A stretch of 64,000 bases of DNA, taken from positions 3,246 through 67,245 of the forward strand of contig JBGSRW010000006.1 in the NCBI GenBank assembly GCA_041737355.1. The letters run 5' to 3'. Source of the stretch: Patescibacteria group bacterium. Lineage in GTDB: Bacteria > Patescibacteriota > Patescibacteriia > XYB2-FULL-38-15. The stretch's first letter is position 1; every line of letters begins with the position of its first letter. This document shows, in pieces, positions 28,923 to 38,750 of this stretch. Under the pieces are notes generated by a model. It had not been told where the DNA came from and did not search any database. It saw only the letters and a program-made list of their open reading frames with translations. A program made the position numbers and the translations under genes.

Positions 28923-29684
28923 TCAAAGTTTCAAAACCCGTGTCAAATAATTTATCCACAAGCCGCTTTTCGGTTCACGGTCGCTGTGGACCGCTAAAAA
29001 GCAATCAATGATCGCGGCTGTTTCCTTAAGCTGTTTTTTACTAATTTTAATTGCCGGAAAATATCCCGAATCTTTTTTCAAAACAAAGCGTAAAATTTTT
29101 ATTCCCGCCGCAGAAATGGGAATCCCCTCTCTGCCGCATTTTTTGCAAAATAATCCGCCACGTGCTGCATCGAAAAAATTCCCCTCCGGAACTATTTTAT
29201 TTTTGCATTTTAGGCAACTGTAAAGTTCCGGTTCCCATCCCAGAATGGACATCAATTTTATAATAAAAAATTTTGATAAAGCATAATTATTCAAAAATTT
29301 TTTTTCTTCCGAACCGTTCAAGATATTTAAAAATTCCCCGATCAACGCATAAATTTTATAATCCGGATGTCCGGGTTTGGTAAAATTGTCGACCGCTTCG
29401 AGACAAAAGCTTCCGAGCACCGTCTTCGCCAGATCTTTTCGGATATTAATAAATTTTTTTCTCTGATCGGCTCCGGCAATCTGGTAGTATGTTTTCCCAG
29501 GCGCGACCATAAGGTCGATCTCGGAAAATAGATCAAGATGCCCGGCCATTTTACTTTTTATTTTTCTTACTCCTTTGGCAATCGCCTCTATTTTTCCGAA
29601 CTCATCGGTATAAATTATAAAAAGACGATCGTTTTCACGATAGTCATTTTTTTTCAAAATTATTCCTCTGGCTTGGCGGGTCAT
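28923..29684 (-). CDS. recO: DNA repair protein RecO
   Basis: YRENDR...T..FGKI..IAKGVRKIKSK, CxxC/CxxC Zn finger. Confidence 0.92.
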   Translation of the reverse strand: MTRQARGIILKKNDYRENDRLFIIYTDEFGKIEAIAKGVRKIKSKMAGHLDLFSEIDLMVAPGKTYYQIAGADQRKKFINIRKDLAKTVLGSFCLEAVDNFTKPGHPDYKIYALIGEFLNILNGSEEKKFLNNYALSKFFIIKLMSILGWEPELYSCLKCKNKIVPEGNFFDAARGGLFCKKCGREGIPISAAGIKILRFVLKKDSGYFPAIKISKKQLKETAAIIDCFLAVHSDREPKSGLWINYLTRVLKL

Positions 29685-30073
29685 TATTTTCTGTCTAGGT
29701 AACTTTGCAAAATTATCATGGCCGCTACGGCATCGCGCTCCTTCACTCCGGAGTCCGCCATCAAATTATCGACCATGGAACTAGAAAATCTTTCGTCTTC
29801 GGTTTCTACCGCTGCCGATAAATTCTTTTTCAAAAAATCAACAAAGAGTAAAACTTCTTCCGCCTGAGGACCTCTTTCTCCGGACAAGGTCAGGGGCAGA
29901 CCGACTACGATTGTCCCGACATCTTCTTCAAGACAAATTTCTTTCAATCCCCCCAAAACGAAATCTTTATTTTTGTTTTCCAAAATCCCGACGGGTGAAG
30001 CTATTTTTGTTTCATCGTCCCCGATTGCCATACCTATTCTTTTTTCCCCGTAATCGATACCTAATAATTTCAT
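29684..30073 (-). CDS. ruvX: RuvX/YqgF nuclease
   Basis: LGIDYGEKRIG, VVGLP, DERFSS, DAVAA.IILQSYL. Confidence 0.93.
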   Translation of the reverse strand: MKLLGIDYGEKRIGMAIGDDETKIASPVGILENKNKDFVLGGLKEICLEEDVGTIVVGLPLTLSGERGPQAEEVLLFVDFLKKNLSAAVETEDERFSSSMVDNLMADSGVKERDAVAAMIILQSYLDRK

Positions 30074-30858
30074 AATTTAGTCAAAATTTCATGCCCGTTT
30101 CCGGTAACCAGCACGGTATGCTCAAACTGAGCCGACAAGCTTCCGTCAACCGTCGCAACTGTCCATCCGTCATCCAGGGTTTCAACTTCCGAACTTCCGG
30201 CGCAAATCATCGGCTCAAGACAAATTGTCATACCCTCGACGAGCTCAACTTGTTTTTCATAACGGTCAAAAAAATTCGGAACCTTCGGAGGTTCATGGAC
30301 TTTTTTACCTACGCCGTGTCCGACTAAATCCCGTACGACCGAAAAACCCCTGCTTTCGGCGTATCCCTGGATAGCCCGTCCAATATCGCTTACCAAATTC
30401 CCCGATTTAACCTGGGCGATTCCGGCAAGAAGTGCCTCTGCCGTTACCCTGATTAATTTATCCGCCTCGGGATTTATTTTCCCCACCCCAACGGTGATCG
30501 CCGCATCGGTAAAAAGTCCCTCGGGCCCGGCCGGATACTTCAAACCCAAATCCAAACAAATAATATCTCCTTCATTCAAAACTCTCGACGGTATGGCCGG
30601 CGCGTGAACAACTTCGTCGTTTACCGAAGTGCAAAGGGTTGTTGGGAAAGGCGTGTCTCTCGGATCTGGCCGATAATTTTTAAACGCCGGAACAGCGCCA
30701 TTCTCTTCGATCAATTTTTCCGCTAAAGCGTTAAGCGCCCCGGTAGTAATCCCCGGCCTTACGGCTTTTTTTAATTCATCCAAAACGAACGCCAAAATTC
30801 TTCCGCTTTGGCGCATTATTTTTATTTCTTCGCTTGTTTTTATAATAACTTTTTCCAT
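30070..30858 (-). CDS. map: Methionine aminopeptidase type I
   Basis: CTSVNDEVVH, GHGVG..VHEPP, EPM, SAQFEHT. Confidence 0.96.
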   Translation of the reverse strand: MEKVIIKTSEEIKIMRQSGRILAFVLDELKKAVRPGITTGALNALAEKLIEENGAVPAFKNYRPDPRDTPFPTTLCTSVNDEVVHAPAIPSRVLNEGDIICLDLGLKYPAGPEGLFTDAAITVGVGKINPEADKLIRVTAEALLAGIAQVKSGNLVSDIGRAIQGYAESRGFSVVRDLVGHGVGKKVHEPPKVPNFFDRYEKQVELVEGMTICLEPMICAGSSEVETLDDGWTVATVDGSLSAQFEHTVLVTGNGHEILTKL

Positions 30859-30862
30859 AACT

Positions 30863-31510
30863 CTATTTTTTCCCCTCCAGCTGCGCAATAATCTTATTGA
30901 AAACTTTTTCTATCGGAGGCCTGGCGTCTATTTTAATCAATTTTTTTTCTTTTGCATATTTACTCAAAATTGGCTCAGTTTGCCCATGGTATATTCCAAG
31001 TCTTTTTTTTATCGACTCCGGGCGATCATCGCTCCGGACAGCCAGTTTCGTCCCGCAGTTATTACATGCTCCGTCTTCCTTCGGGGGCTTATTTTCCAAA
31101 TGATAAATCGCCCCGCACTTTGGACAAATTCTTCTTCCGCCGAGTCTTTTAAGTACGGTTTTATCGTCAATATCCAGTTGGATGATTATATCTAACCCGA
31201 AATTTTTTTCTAAAAAATCCAGCTGATTGAGGTTGCGGGGATATCCATCCAAAATAAAACCCTTTGAATATTTATTTTGTTTCAATTCATCGAAAATCAC
31301 CCTGTTGGTCACAACGTCCGGAACAAGCCTTCCTTTTTCGATAAATTTTTTAGCGAGGTTGCCGAGATCGGAGCCCTCTCTTATTTCTTTACGAAAAAAA
31401 TCCCCCGTCGCCAAAATATTAAATTTATATTTTTTAGCCAGCATCTCCGTCTGAGTCCCTTTGCCCGAACCCTGTGGCCCGAATAAAACTATTTTTCTTA
31501 TTCCCCGCAT
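30863..31510 (-). CDS. adk: Adenylate kinase (Zn-LID)
   Basis: GPQGSGKGT, LDGYPR, CPKC..CNNC LID. Confidence 0.95.
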   Translation of the reverse strand: MRGIRKIVLFGPQGSGKGTQTEMLAKKYKFNILATGDFFRKEIREGSDLGNLAKKFIEKGRLVPDVVTNRVIFDELKQNKYSKGFILDGYPRNLNQLDFLEKNFGLDIIIQLDIDDKTVLKRLGGRRICPKCGAIYHLENKPPKEDGACNNCGTKLAVRSDDRPESIKKRLGIYHGQTEPILSKYAKEKKLIKIDARPPIEKVFNKIIAQLEGKK

Positions 31511-31544
31511 AAATTGATAAATCCCACGCAACTGATGTGTGGGA

Positions 31545-31826
31545 TTATTTGTAAATTAATTTCTTTAATTTCTGATAATCGAAAGATGATATTTCTCCCG
31601 TTCCGACCGATTTATAGAGCTCCGGAAGAATACGCGTTCTGAATTCCTCGACGCTTACTCCTCCCGAACCCATGAATTTCAATATTTTACTTTTTACAAA
31701 CATTCTCTCTTTGTCATTCAGGCCGGTATGAAACAAAACATGCTCTATTTCCGACGAGGTGGCAAAAAGAACTCCTTGTTTTTTTGCCTTGTCTTCTCCT
31801 GAAGAAAACAGGCCAAAAAGCCCCAT
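31545..31826 (-). CDS. Hypothetical protein between secY and adk
   Basis: 93-aa ORF filling the gap, co-oriented. Confidence 0.7.
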   Translation of the reverse strand: MGLFGLFSSGEDKAKKQGVLFATSSEIEHVLFHTGLNDKERMFVKSKILKFMGSGGVSVEEFRTRILPELYKSVGTGEISSFDYQKLKKLIYK

Positions 31827-31848
31827 ATCTTGTATTTTAAATTATAAA

Positions 31849-33120
31849 TTAAAGACCCTCGTATTCACGCATGGTTAGTTGCGAATCGATTTGCCTTATG
31901 GTTTCAATCACTACGGAAACTACAATCAAAACGCTGGTACCTCCGAATTTCAAAACCTGTACCCCTGTTATATTTTGTAGAACCATCGGCAAGACGGCAA
32001 TGACCGCCAAAAAAAGCGCGCCAGCCAAGATAATTCTCGTTGTTGTGTTGGCAAGGTATTGGGCGGTATGCGCTCCAGGCCTGATGCCAGGAATAAATCC
32101 GCCGTTTTTCTGCAAATTATCGGCTATCTGCTGAGGATGAAAAATAACTGCCGTGTAAAAATAGGTAAATCCAAAAACCAAAATAAAATAAGAAACACCA
32201 TAAACAGTTTGGTTACGGAAAATATCAATAACCCACTGAGCCGCTCCGGAAATCCAGGCAGTTTTAGCTTGGACAAAAAATTGGGCAATCATTGGGGGGA
32301 ACAAAATAATGGAGATGGCAAAGATAATCGGTATCACGCCGGCCATGTTTACCCGGAGCGGAAGATGAGTTGACATCCCTCCGTACATTTTGTTGCCACG
32401 GACCTGTTTTGCATAAGAAACCGGCACTTGTCTCTGCCCTTCGGTAATAATTACCACTCCGACAATGGTTACAACGGCAATAACCGCAAAAATAACAAAA
32501 TTTAAAATTTGCGAAGGATCAAAGACGACCAAAGCTTGCTGCACCGCCCCGGGCAAGCCGGTGATAATCCCGGCAAAAATTATTAACGAGATGCCGTTGC
32601 CTATTTTTTTCTCGGAAATTAATTCCCCAAGCCACATCAAAAAAATCGAACCGGCTGTAACGGTCGTAATCGTAAAAAATAAACTCCACGCGGAGATGTC
32701 TGTAATAATCGGATTGGCGGATTGCCTGAACATGGCAATCATTCCGTATGCGTTAAGAGCGGCAAGCGGTACCGCCAAAAATCTTGTCCATTGATTTATT
32801 TTTTGTCTTCCATATTCTTCCTTGGAAAGATCCTCAAGGCGGGGAATAATCATTATCAGCAACTGGAAAATGATGGAGGCGGTAATGTAGGGAGCAACGC
32901 CCAACATCACTACGGAAAAATTTTCCATACTGCCTCCGGAAAAAACATTCAGAAGACCGAGCATCTGATTTGACTCAAAAAATTTCTTCAAATTCTCAAT
33001 ATTAATTCCCGGAACGGGGATATGGGCTGCTAAACGAAAAATGCCGAGCATGCACAAAATAAAAAGTATACTCTTTCTTAAGTCAGGGAGCTTCCAAATT
33101 TGAAGAAGTTTTTGCCACAT
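31849..33120 (-). CDS. secY: Preprotein translocase SecY
   Basis: IPVPGI, PYITASII, IGNGISL, AGVIPIIFA, IPGIRPG, GGTSVLIVV. Confidence 0.98.
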   Translation of the reverse strand: MWQKLLQIWKLPDLRKSILFILCMLGIFRLAAHIPVPGINIENLKKFFESNQMLGLLNVFSGGSMENFSVVMLGVAPYITASIIFQLLIMIIPRLEDLSKEEYGRQKINQWTRFLAVPLAALNAYGMIAMFRQSANPIITDISAWSLFFTITTVTAGSIFLMWLGELISEKKIGNGISLIIFAGIITGLPGAVQQALVVFDPSQILNFVIFAVIAVVTIVGVVIITEGQRQVPVSYAKQVRGNKMYGGMSTHLPLRVNMAGVIPIIFAISIILFPPMIAQFFVQAKTAWISGAAQWVIDIFRNQTVYGVSYFILVFGFTYFYTAVIFHPQQIADNLQKNGGFIPGIRPGAHTAQYLANTTTRIILAGALFLAVIAVLPMVLQNITGVQVLKFGGTSVLIVVSVVIETIRQIDSQLTMREYEGL

Positions 33121-33182
33121 ATGTTTAATAAATTAATTAGCGAATTAGTCAATTCTCTAATCCGCAATCCGCTAATTATTCT

Positions 33183-33626
33183 TTATTTCTCTAAAATTTT
33201 TCCACCGGACTTTTCTACCGCTTGTCTGACACTCTCTGAAACGGCGCATCCCTCAATAACAATCTTTTTCTTGAGCTCGCCATTGCCGAGAATTTTTACC
33301 CTTTCCCCCATTTTACCAACTAATCCCTTTTCAAGCAACGTTTTGGGGGTAACCCTCTCCCCGTCCTTGAATTTTTTTTCCAAATTGGACAAATTGACTA
33401 CGGCAAATTTAGGATAATGACTTTTGAAACCGCGCAGCTTCGGGGTTGACTGGATCAATCTTTTAAGACCCATCAACTTCAAACCCTTTTTGCCGCCGGA
33501 TCTCGCGCGTTGGCCTTTCTGACCGCGTCCGCTGTAAGTACCAGTGCTGCCCAAACCCCTACCTACCCTTTTCACTTTTTTCCGGGATTTTGGGAAAGAT
33601 TTAATTGTATGTAGTGTTAACGACAT
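33183..33626 (-). CDS. rplO: 50S ribosomal protein L15
   Basis: RVGRG, GRGQKGQRAR, KILGNG. Confidence 0.96.
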   Translation of the reverse strand: MSLTLHTIKSFPKSRKKVKRVGRGLGSTGTYSGRGQKGQRARSGGKKGLKLMGLKRLIQSTPKLRGFKSHYPKFAVVNLSNLEKKFKDGERVTPKTLLEKGLVGKMGERVKILGNGELKKKIVIEGCAVSESVRQAVEKSGGKILEK

Positions 33627-33655
33627 AATTTTAATTTATTTTTTACCAAGATTCT

Positions 33656-34153
33656 TTATTTTCTGGAATCAAGTCTTAATTTCAATAAAGCATTCAGCGT
33701 GGCCCGGCTATTATTGATTTTATTTTTTGAACCCAATATTTTCCCCACCACGTTAGGAATTCCCGCAAGCTCAAAAACGCTTCTCATAGCACCGCCGGCC
33801 TTAATCCCCGTTCCTCTCGGCGCAGGTTTTATCAAAACAACCGCCGCACCGAATTTTTCTTTTACTTCGTGCGGAATGGTGTCGTTGCGTAAAGGAACGG
33901 TAACTAAATTTTTTTCGGCTTTAATCGAGGCTTTAGCTACTGCTTGAGTCACGTCGATCCCCTTTGCCACGGCGCATCCGGCACGGCCCTTTTTATCTCC
34001 AACAATAACGCAGGCCCTGAATTTCATTCTCTTACCCCCCGAGGTAACTCTTGTAACGCGGGCTACTTCCAAAATTTTCTGTTCAAATTCTTTTTCTTTA
34101 TCAAATCCTCTGTCTCTCCCTCTTCCCCTTCCCTGGCCTTTATTGTTAAACAT
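33656..34153 (-). CDS. rpsE: 30S ribosomal protein S5
   Basis: RVTRVTSGGKR, PAPRGTGIKAGG. Confidence 0.96.
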   Translation of the reverse strand: MFNNKGQGRGRGRDRGFDKEKEFEQKILEVARVTRVTSGGKRMKFRACVIVGDKKGRAGCAVAKGIDVTQAVAKASIKAEKNLVTVPLRNDTIPHEVKEKFGAAVVLIKPAPRGTGIKAGGAMRSVFELAGIPNVVGKILGSKNKINNSRATLNALLKLRLDSRK

Positions 34154-34171
34154 ATTATTTATCCAAAAAAA

Positions 34172-34582
34172 TTAAAATTTAAGTCCGCCTTCCCGGGCTC
34201 CATCCGCGACAGCCTTGATTCTTCCGTGATATTTAAAACCCCGCCGGTCAAAAACAACTTCTGCAATTCCAAGATCCTTCGCTTTTTTCGCTATCAATTT
34301 ACCGATTTCAAAAGCAACAGCGACTTTGGTTGTCATTTCGCCGGAATCCTTGGGCCGGACTGCTACCGTTCTCTTTCTTTTACCTACGATTTTTTTCCCC
34401 GTTGATAAATCGGAAATAGTGGCAAGGACACGGCCTTTCACATCATCAACTAATTCGACCATCACATGCTTAGCGCTTCTTGAAACGCAAAGTCTGGGCC
34501 TTTTTTCAGTACCAGATATTTTTGCCCTTATCCTCGCGTTTCTCAGCTTTTTTTTCTCCTGTTTAATTTTCTGAAGATTCAT
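34172..34582 (-). CDS. rplR: 50S ribosomal protein L18 (with internal basic insertion)
   Basis: RPRLCV.RS, VVFDRRGFKYHGR. Confidence 0.95.
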   Translation of the reverse strand: MNLQKIKQEKKKLRNARIRAKISGTEKRPRLCVSRSAKHVMVELVDDVKGRVLATISDLSTGKKIVGKRKRTVAVRPKDSGEMTTKVAVAFEIGKLIAKKAKDLGIAEVVFDRRGFKYHGRIKAVADGAREGGLKF

Positions 34583-34605
34583 ATTTTATAAAACTTTTTC
34601 TTTAA

Positions 34606-35166
34606 TTAGGCTCCCGCCCCAGCTCCCGCCGCCTTAGCCGCCTTGCCGGCTTTCTTAATAATCGTTTCTTCAACATACTTAATCCCTTTTCCTTTGTAAG
34701 GCTCTGGCGGTTTTAAGTTTCTCAATCTCGCAGCCGTTTCTCCGACCAACTGTTTATCAACTCCGGCGATAGAGACAATATTCTTCTCAACCTTCGCGGT
34801 TATCCCTTTTGGTAAATCAAAATCAACTTGGTGGGAAAATCCCAAACTCAGCGCAATCTTTTCTCCTGATACCTGTGCCTTGAAGCCGACCCCATTAATT
34901 TCAAGCTTCTTCTCAAAACCAGAGGTAACGCCGATCACCATATTTTTTATCAAGCTCCCGTAGAGACCCCATAAGGCTTTATTCGCCTTAACTTCGGGAT
35001 CTTTAACCGTTACATTAATCTCGTTATTTTCTATTTTTAAAAAAACATTAGGATGAATTTTAACGGATATTTCTCCCTTTGGTCCTTTTATGGCAATAGA
35101 AAAATTGTCGATTTTTACTTCGACTCCCTTCGGTATGACAATTGGTTTTTTCCCTATTCTTGACAT
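34606..35166 (-). CDS. rplF: 50S ribosomal protein L6
   Basis: MSRIGKKP, PEPYKGKGI. Confidence 0.97.
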   Translation of the reverse strand: MSRIGKKPIVIPKGVEVKIDNFSIAIKGPKGEISVKIHPNVFLKIENNEINVTVKDPEVKANKALWGLYGSLIKNMVIGVTSGFEKKLEINGVGFKAQVSGEKIALSLGFSHQVDFDLPKGITAKVEKNIVSIAGVDKQLVGETAARLRNLKPPEPYKGKGIKYVEETIIKKAGKAAKAAGAGAGA

Positions 35167-35199
35167 TGTCGCGATTAATTAATTCAAATTATTTAACCT

Positions 35200-35583
35200 C
35201 TAGTAAATTTCACAAATAACTTCCCCGCCCAGGCCCTTTTTCTGCGCTTCCTTGCCGGTCATCAATCCTTGCGAGGTAGACACAATGGCAATGCCCATAC
35301 CACCCAAAACTTTAGGCAGTTTGTCTTTCGGGGAATAAACTCTTTTACCCGGTTTGCTAATCCTCTTTAAATTTCTGATCACTGAAGTTTTGTCGCCTCT
35401 GTATTTAAGAAATACTTTGAATTTATTTTCCTTTTCAATGACCTCCATGCCGGATATAAATTTTTCCCCCTCCATTATTTTCGCAATTTCAAGTTTTATC
35501 CTTGATAAAGGAATCACAACCTCGGCCTTCCTGACGAGAACCGCGTTTCTGATTCTGGTTAGCATGTCTGAAATGGGATCCAT
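35200..35583 (-). CDS. rpsH: 30S ribosomal protein S8
   Basis: DPISDMLTRIRNA, SKPGKRVY, GGEV. Confidence 0.97.
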   Translation of the reverse strand: MDPISDMLTRIRNAVLVRKAEVVIPLSRIKLEIAKIMEGEKFISGMEVIEKENKFKVFLKYRGDKTSVIRNLKRISKPGKRVYSPKDKLPKVLGGMGIAIVSTSQGLMTGKEAQKKGLGGEVICEIY

Positions 35584-35628
35584 AGTATTTTGTTGCAATA
35601 GTTTAAATGGTTTTAGATATTCAAAAAA

Positions 35629-35814
35629 TTACCAGCTGGATTTTGTAACTCCGGGGATTTCTCCTCGGTTTGCCAATTCCCTAAAACAAATCCGGCAAAG
35701 CGCAAATTTACGCATATATCCCCTTTTCCTTCCGCAACGCCAACAACGCCGCACGACGCGGGATTTAAATTTCGGTTTTTTAAGCGACTTGGAAATTTGA
35801 GCTTCAGTAGCCAT
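35629..35814 (-). CDS. rpsZ: 30S ribosomal protein S14 (Zn-binding, type Z)
   Basis: [24 protein letters not shown]. Confidence 0.96.
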   Translation of the reverse strand: MATEAQISKSLKKPKFKSRVVRRCWRCGRKRGYMRKFALCRICFRELANRGEIPGVTKSSW

Positions 35815-35817
35815 ATA

Positions 35818-36375
35818 TTATTTTTGTCCCTCCCTGAACGGGAAGCCAAGCAATTTTAATAATTCCAAACCCTCTTCCTTACTTTTTGCGGTTGTCCTGA
35901 TGGTAACTTGCAGTCCGTGCATTTTTTCTATTTCTTCAGATTTAATTTCCGGGAAACAAATATCGTCCTTGAACCCAACCGACAAATTTCCTGATTTGTC
36001 CATGAGCTCGGAGGAAAGACCTCTAAAATCACGAACACGCGGAAAAGTTATATTAATTAGCTTATCAAGAAAATCGTACATTCTGCTTCCCCTCAAGGTA
36101 ACCACCATTCCTACCGGCATACCCTGCCTGATCTTAAAATTGGCGATGGATTTTTTAGCCAATGTCTTAATCGGTTTCTGGCCGGTGATTTTTCTCAAAG
36201 TCTCCTCGACTATATCCAAAAATTTAGCGTCCTTCAGCCCTTGCGAGAGCCCTGCGCTAACAACGACTTTCTCGACTCTCGGAACGGCGAAAATATTTTT
36301 ATAACCAAATTTCGCTTCCAGCGCCGGAACCGATTCTTTTTGATATTTAATTTTTAATCTTGATTCGTTTTCCAT
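35818..36375 (-). CDS. rplE: 50S ribosomal protein L5
   Basis: ITGQKP, FKIRQG, PRVRDFRG. Confidence 0.97.
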   Translation of the reverse strand: MENESRLKIKYQKESVPALEAKFGYKNIFAVPRVEKVVVSAGLSQGLKDAKFLDIVEETLRKITGQKPIKTLAKKSIANFKIRQGMPVGMVVTLRGSRMYDFLDKLINITFPRVRDFRGLSSELMDKSGNLSVGFKDDICFPEIKSEEIEKMHGLQVTIRTTAKSKEEGLELLKLLGFPFREGQK

Positions 36376-36400
36376 AACTTTAAAGCTGCTGGCTTATTGT

Positions 36401-36712
36401 TTAATCTATTACCTCGCCGCACTGTTTGCACATCCTGACCTTTTTTTTATTTTCCAAAATTTTATACCCTACTCTCGTAGGTTTATTGCATTTGCTGCAA
36501 ACCAAAAGTATATTGGACGCGCGCATTGAAGAAGGAAACTGGATACGCTGTCCTTTTTCTCCGCTCCGACGGGGCCGCATATGCTTAACAACCAAATTCA
36601 ACCCTTCCACCGTAAGTCTTTCTTTTTCGGGGAAAATAACGAGGACCTTACCTTCTTTACCCTGGTCCTTACCAGCAATAATTTTTACTTTGTCGCCTTT
36701 CTTAATTTTCAT
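36401..36712 (-). CDS. rplX: 50S ribosomal protein L24
   Basis: IKKGDKV.IIAGKDQGKEG KOW motif. Confidence 0.96.
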   Translation of the reverse strand: MKIKKGDKVKIIAGKDQGKEGKVLVIFPEKERLTVEGLNLVVKHMRPRRSGEKGQRIQFPSSMRASNILLVCSKCNKPTRVGYKILENKKKVRMCKQCGEVID

Positions 36713-36746
36713 ATTTCCTTCTGTGTTTTAATTTATTTTCCGTTCT

Positions 36747-37118
36747 TTAAAGCACTTCCGGGGCTAATGAAATAATTTTCATGAAACCCTTGCCGCGAAT
36801 CTCTCTGGCTACTGGACCGAAAATTCTGGTCCCCTTCGGCTCTTTACTTTTTTTATCGACAATTACGGCCGCGTTATCATCAAACCTTACATACGTTCCG
36901 TCCGGACGGCGAGTTTCCTTGTGCGTTCTTATAATAACGGCGTGGACAACATCGCTTTTCTTCACCATGCCGTGCGGAACCGCTTCTTTCACTACGCAAG
37001 TAATAATATCTCCCAACCGGGCATATCTTTTTTTGTATCCGCCCAAAACCCTGATGCATTGAAGTTTCTTTGCACCGGTATTGTCTCCGACTTTTAGCAT
37101 TGTGCGATGTTGAACCAT
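36747..37118 (-). CDS. rplN: 50S ribosomal protein L14
   Basis: [24 protein letters not shown]. Confidence 0.97.
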   Translation of the reverse strand: MVQHRTMLKVGDNTGAKKLQCIRVLGGYKKRYARLGDIITCVVKEAVPHGMVKKSDVVHAVIIRTHKETRRPDGTYVRFDDNAAVIVDKKSKEPKGTRIFGPVAREIRGKGFMKIISLAPEVL

Positions 37119-37157
37119 ATTAAGATAAATTTTATCAGTTATGCTCGTCTTTTCTTC

Positions 37158-37421
37158 TTAACTCTCCTTTGTCCCAATCCTGCCGGTTAAACGCCATCTT
37201 TTTTCTTTAGAAATCGGCCTGCATTCTTCAAAAATAACTGCATCTCCGGTTTTACATTCATTCTTTTCATCGTGGATCTTGTATTTTTTGCTGACGCGAT
37301 AGCGCTTCCCGTATTTTGAATGCGCCTTTATTCTATCTACCACAACGACAGCCGTTTTGTCCATCCGGTGGGAAACGACTACGCCTCTGAACTTCTTGTT
37401 ATTTTTAATTTTTTCCGTCAT
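37158..37421 (-). CDS. rpsQ: 30S ribosomal protein S17
   Basis: GVVVS..MDKT, ECRPISK. Confidence 0.95.
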   Translation of the reverse strand: MTEKIKNNKKFRGVVVSHRMDKTAVVVVDRIKAHSKYGKRYRVSKKYKIHDEKNECKTGDAVIFEECRPISKEKRWRLTGRIGTKES

Positions 37422-37429
37422 AAATAAAA

Positions 37430-37639
37430 TTATTTTGCTTTATCGTTTGTTTCACTTTTCCTCTGTTTTTTCAGAGTCAGTATCTGGGCTATTTGCATTT
37501 TTTGAACCCTGATCTCCCGGACATCCTTCATTTGCTTCGCGGCAATCTTAAATTTCAAAACCTGCAAACCCTCTCTAGCCGCAACGAGCATCGCTTCCAG
37601 TTCTTTGTCATTTTTATTTTTTAATTCTTTGAACTTCAT
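37430..37639 (-). CDS. rpmC: 50S ribosomal protein L29
   Basis: Position in S10 operon; IAQILT motif. Confidence 0.9.
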   Translation of the reverse strand: MKFKELKNKNDKELEAMLVAAREGLQVLKFKIAAKQMKDVREIRVQKMQIAQILTLKKQRKSETNDKAK

Positions 37640-37644
37640 ATTTT

Positions 37645-38055
37645 TTATTTAACGACAACTTTAGTTTTAACCGGCAATTTATAGCCGGCCAATCTCATCG
37701 CTTCCTTGGCGGCATCGGCGGGAACTCCATCCATTTCAAAAAGAACCGTGCCGGGCTTTACCGGAACCACGTAATGGTCAACCGCTCCTTTGCCTCCGCC
37801 CATCGGGATTTCGTTGCCCTTGGTTGTTATCGGTTTATCGGGAAAAACCCTTATCCATATCTTTCCGCCTTTTTTCATGGCTCTTATTAAAACTCTCCGG
37901 ACCGCTTCGAGCTGCCTCGAAGTAACCCAGGCGTAGCCCAACGAACGCAAGCCAAAACTTCCGAAACTTATTTCGGTCTTCCTGGTAGCGCTCCCTTTGC
38001 CTCTCCTTCTTCCCTTGAAGGATTTTCTGTGTTTTACTTTTTTGGGCATCAACAT
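37645..38055 (-). CDS. rplP: 50S ribosomal protein L16
   Basis: MLMPKK, WIRVFPDKP, MGGGKG. Confidence 0.97.
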   Translation of the reverse strand: MLMPKKVKHRKSFKGRRRGKGSATRKTEISFGSFGLRSLGYAWVTSRQLEAVRRVLIRAMKKGGKIWIRVFPDKPITTKGNEIPMGGGKGAVDHYVVPVKPGTVLFEMDGVPADAAKEAMRLAGYKLPVKTKVVVK

Positions 38056-38061
38056 ATATTT

Positions 38062-38718
38062 TTATGCAGCTACTTTTGATTTAAAAACTTCCCCTTTATA
38101 AATCCAAACTTTTATTCCTATCGCTCCGTAAATCGTGAAAGCCGGGCTGCTCGCATAATCTATATCCGCGCGCAAAGTATGAAGAGGAATTTTACCCCAG
38201 CTCAGCATTTCTTCCCTGGCAATCTCCGCTCCATCAAGCCTGCCAGAACAAACAACTTTTACGCCCTGGGCCCCGGCTCTTTGAACTCTCAAAATCGACT
38301 GCTTCATGACTCTTCTGAAGGGAATTCTTTTTTCAATGTCAGAAATCATACCCTGTATAACAATCTCGGCGGAAAGACTCGGGCTTTGAACTTCCTGAAC
38401 ATTCAGGTTAAAAGCCGTCTTTTTATCCAAAAATTTTTCTTTTATTTTTTTCTTCAAATCTTCTATCCCCGTACCGGCGTGTCCGATAATAAGGCCCGGT
38501 TTAGCGGAATGGATAATAACCGTCACGGCATTGGCTGTTCTTTCTATTTCAATTTTCGCAACTGCGGCTTCTTTCAGTGTTTTTTGTAAAAATAAGCGCA
38601 ATAAAACATCCTGTCTTAATCTGGCAATATAATCTTTTTTGGCAAACCACTTAGAATTCCAAGTATAAATTTGGCTCTGCCCTGTTCTGAAAATTTTTGG
38701 ATGAACTTTTTGTCCCAT
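38062..38718 (-). CDS. rpsC: 30S ribosomal protein S3
   Basis: MGQKVHP, GRLDGAEIAR, PLHTLRADIDY. Confidence 0.97.
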   Translation of the reverse strand: MGQKVHPKIFRTGQSQIYTWNSKWFAKKDYIARLRQDVLLRLFLQKTLKEAAVAKIEIERTANAVTVIIHSAKPGLIIGHAGTGIEDLKKKIKEKFLDKKTAFNLNVQEVQSPSLSAEIVIQGMISDIEKRIPFRRVMKQSILRVQRAGAQGVKVVCSGRLDGAEIAREEMLSWGKIPLHTLRADIDYASSPAFTIYGAIGIKVWIYKGEVFKSKVAA

Positions 38719-38750
38719 TGTCTTCTATGATTAGTTTTTAATTCTTTATT

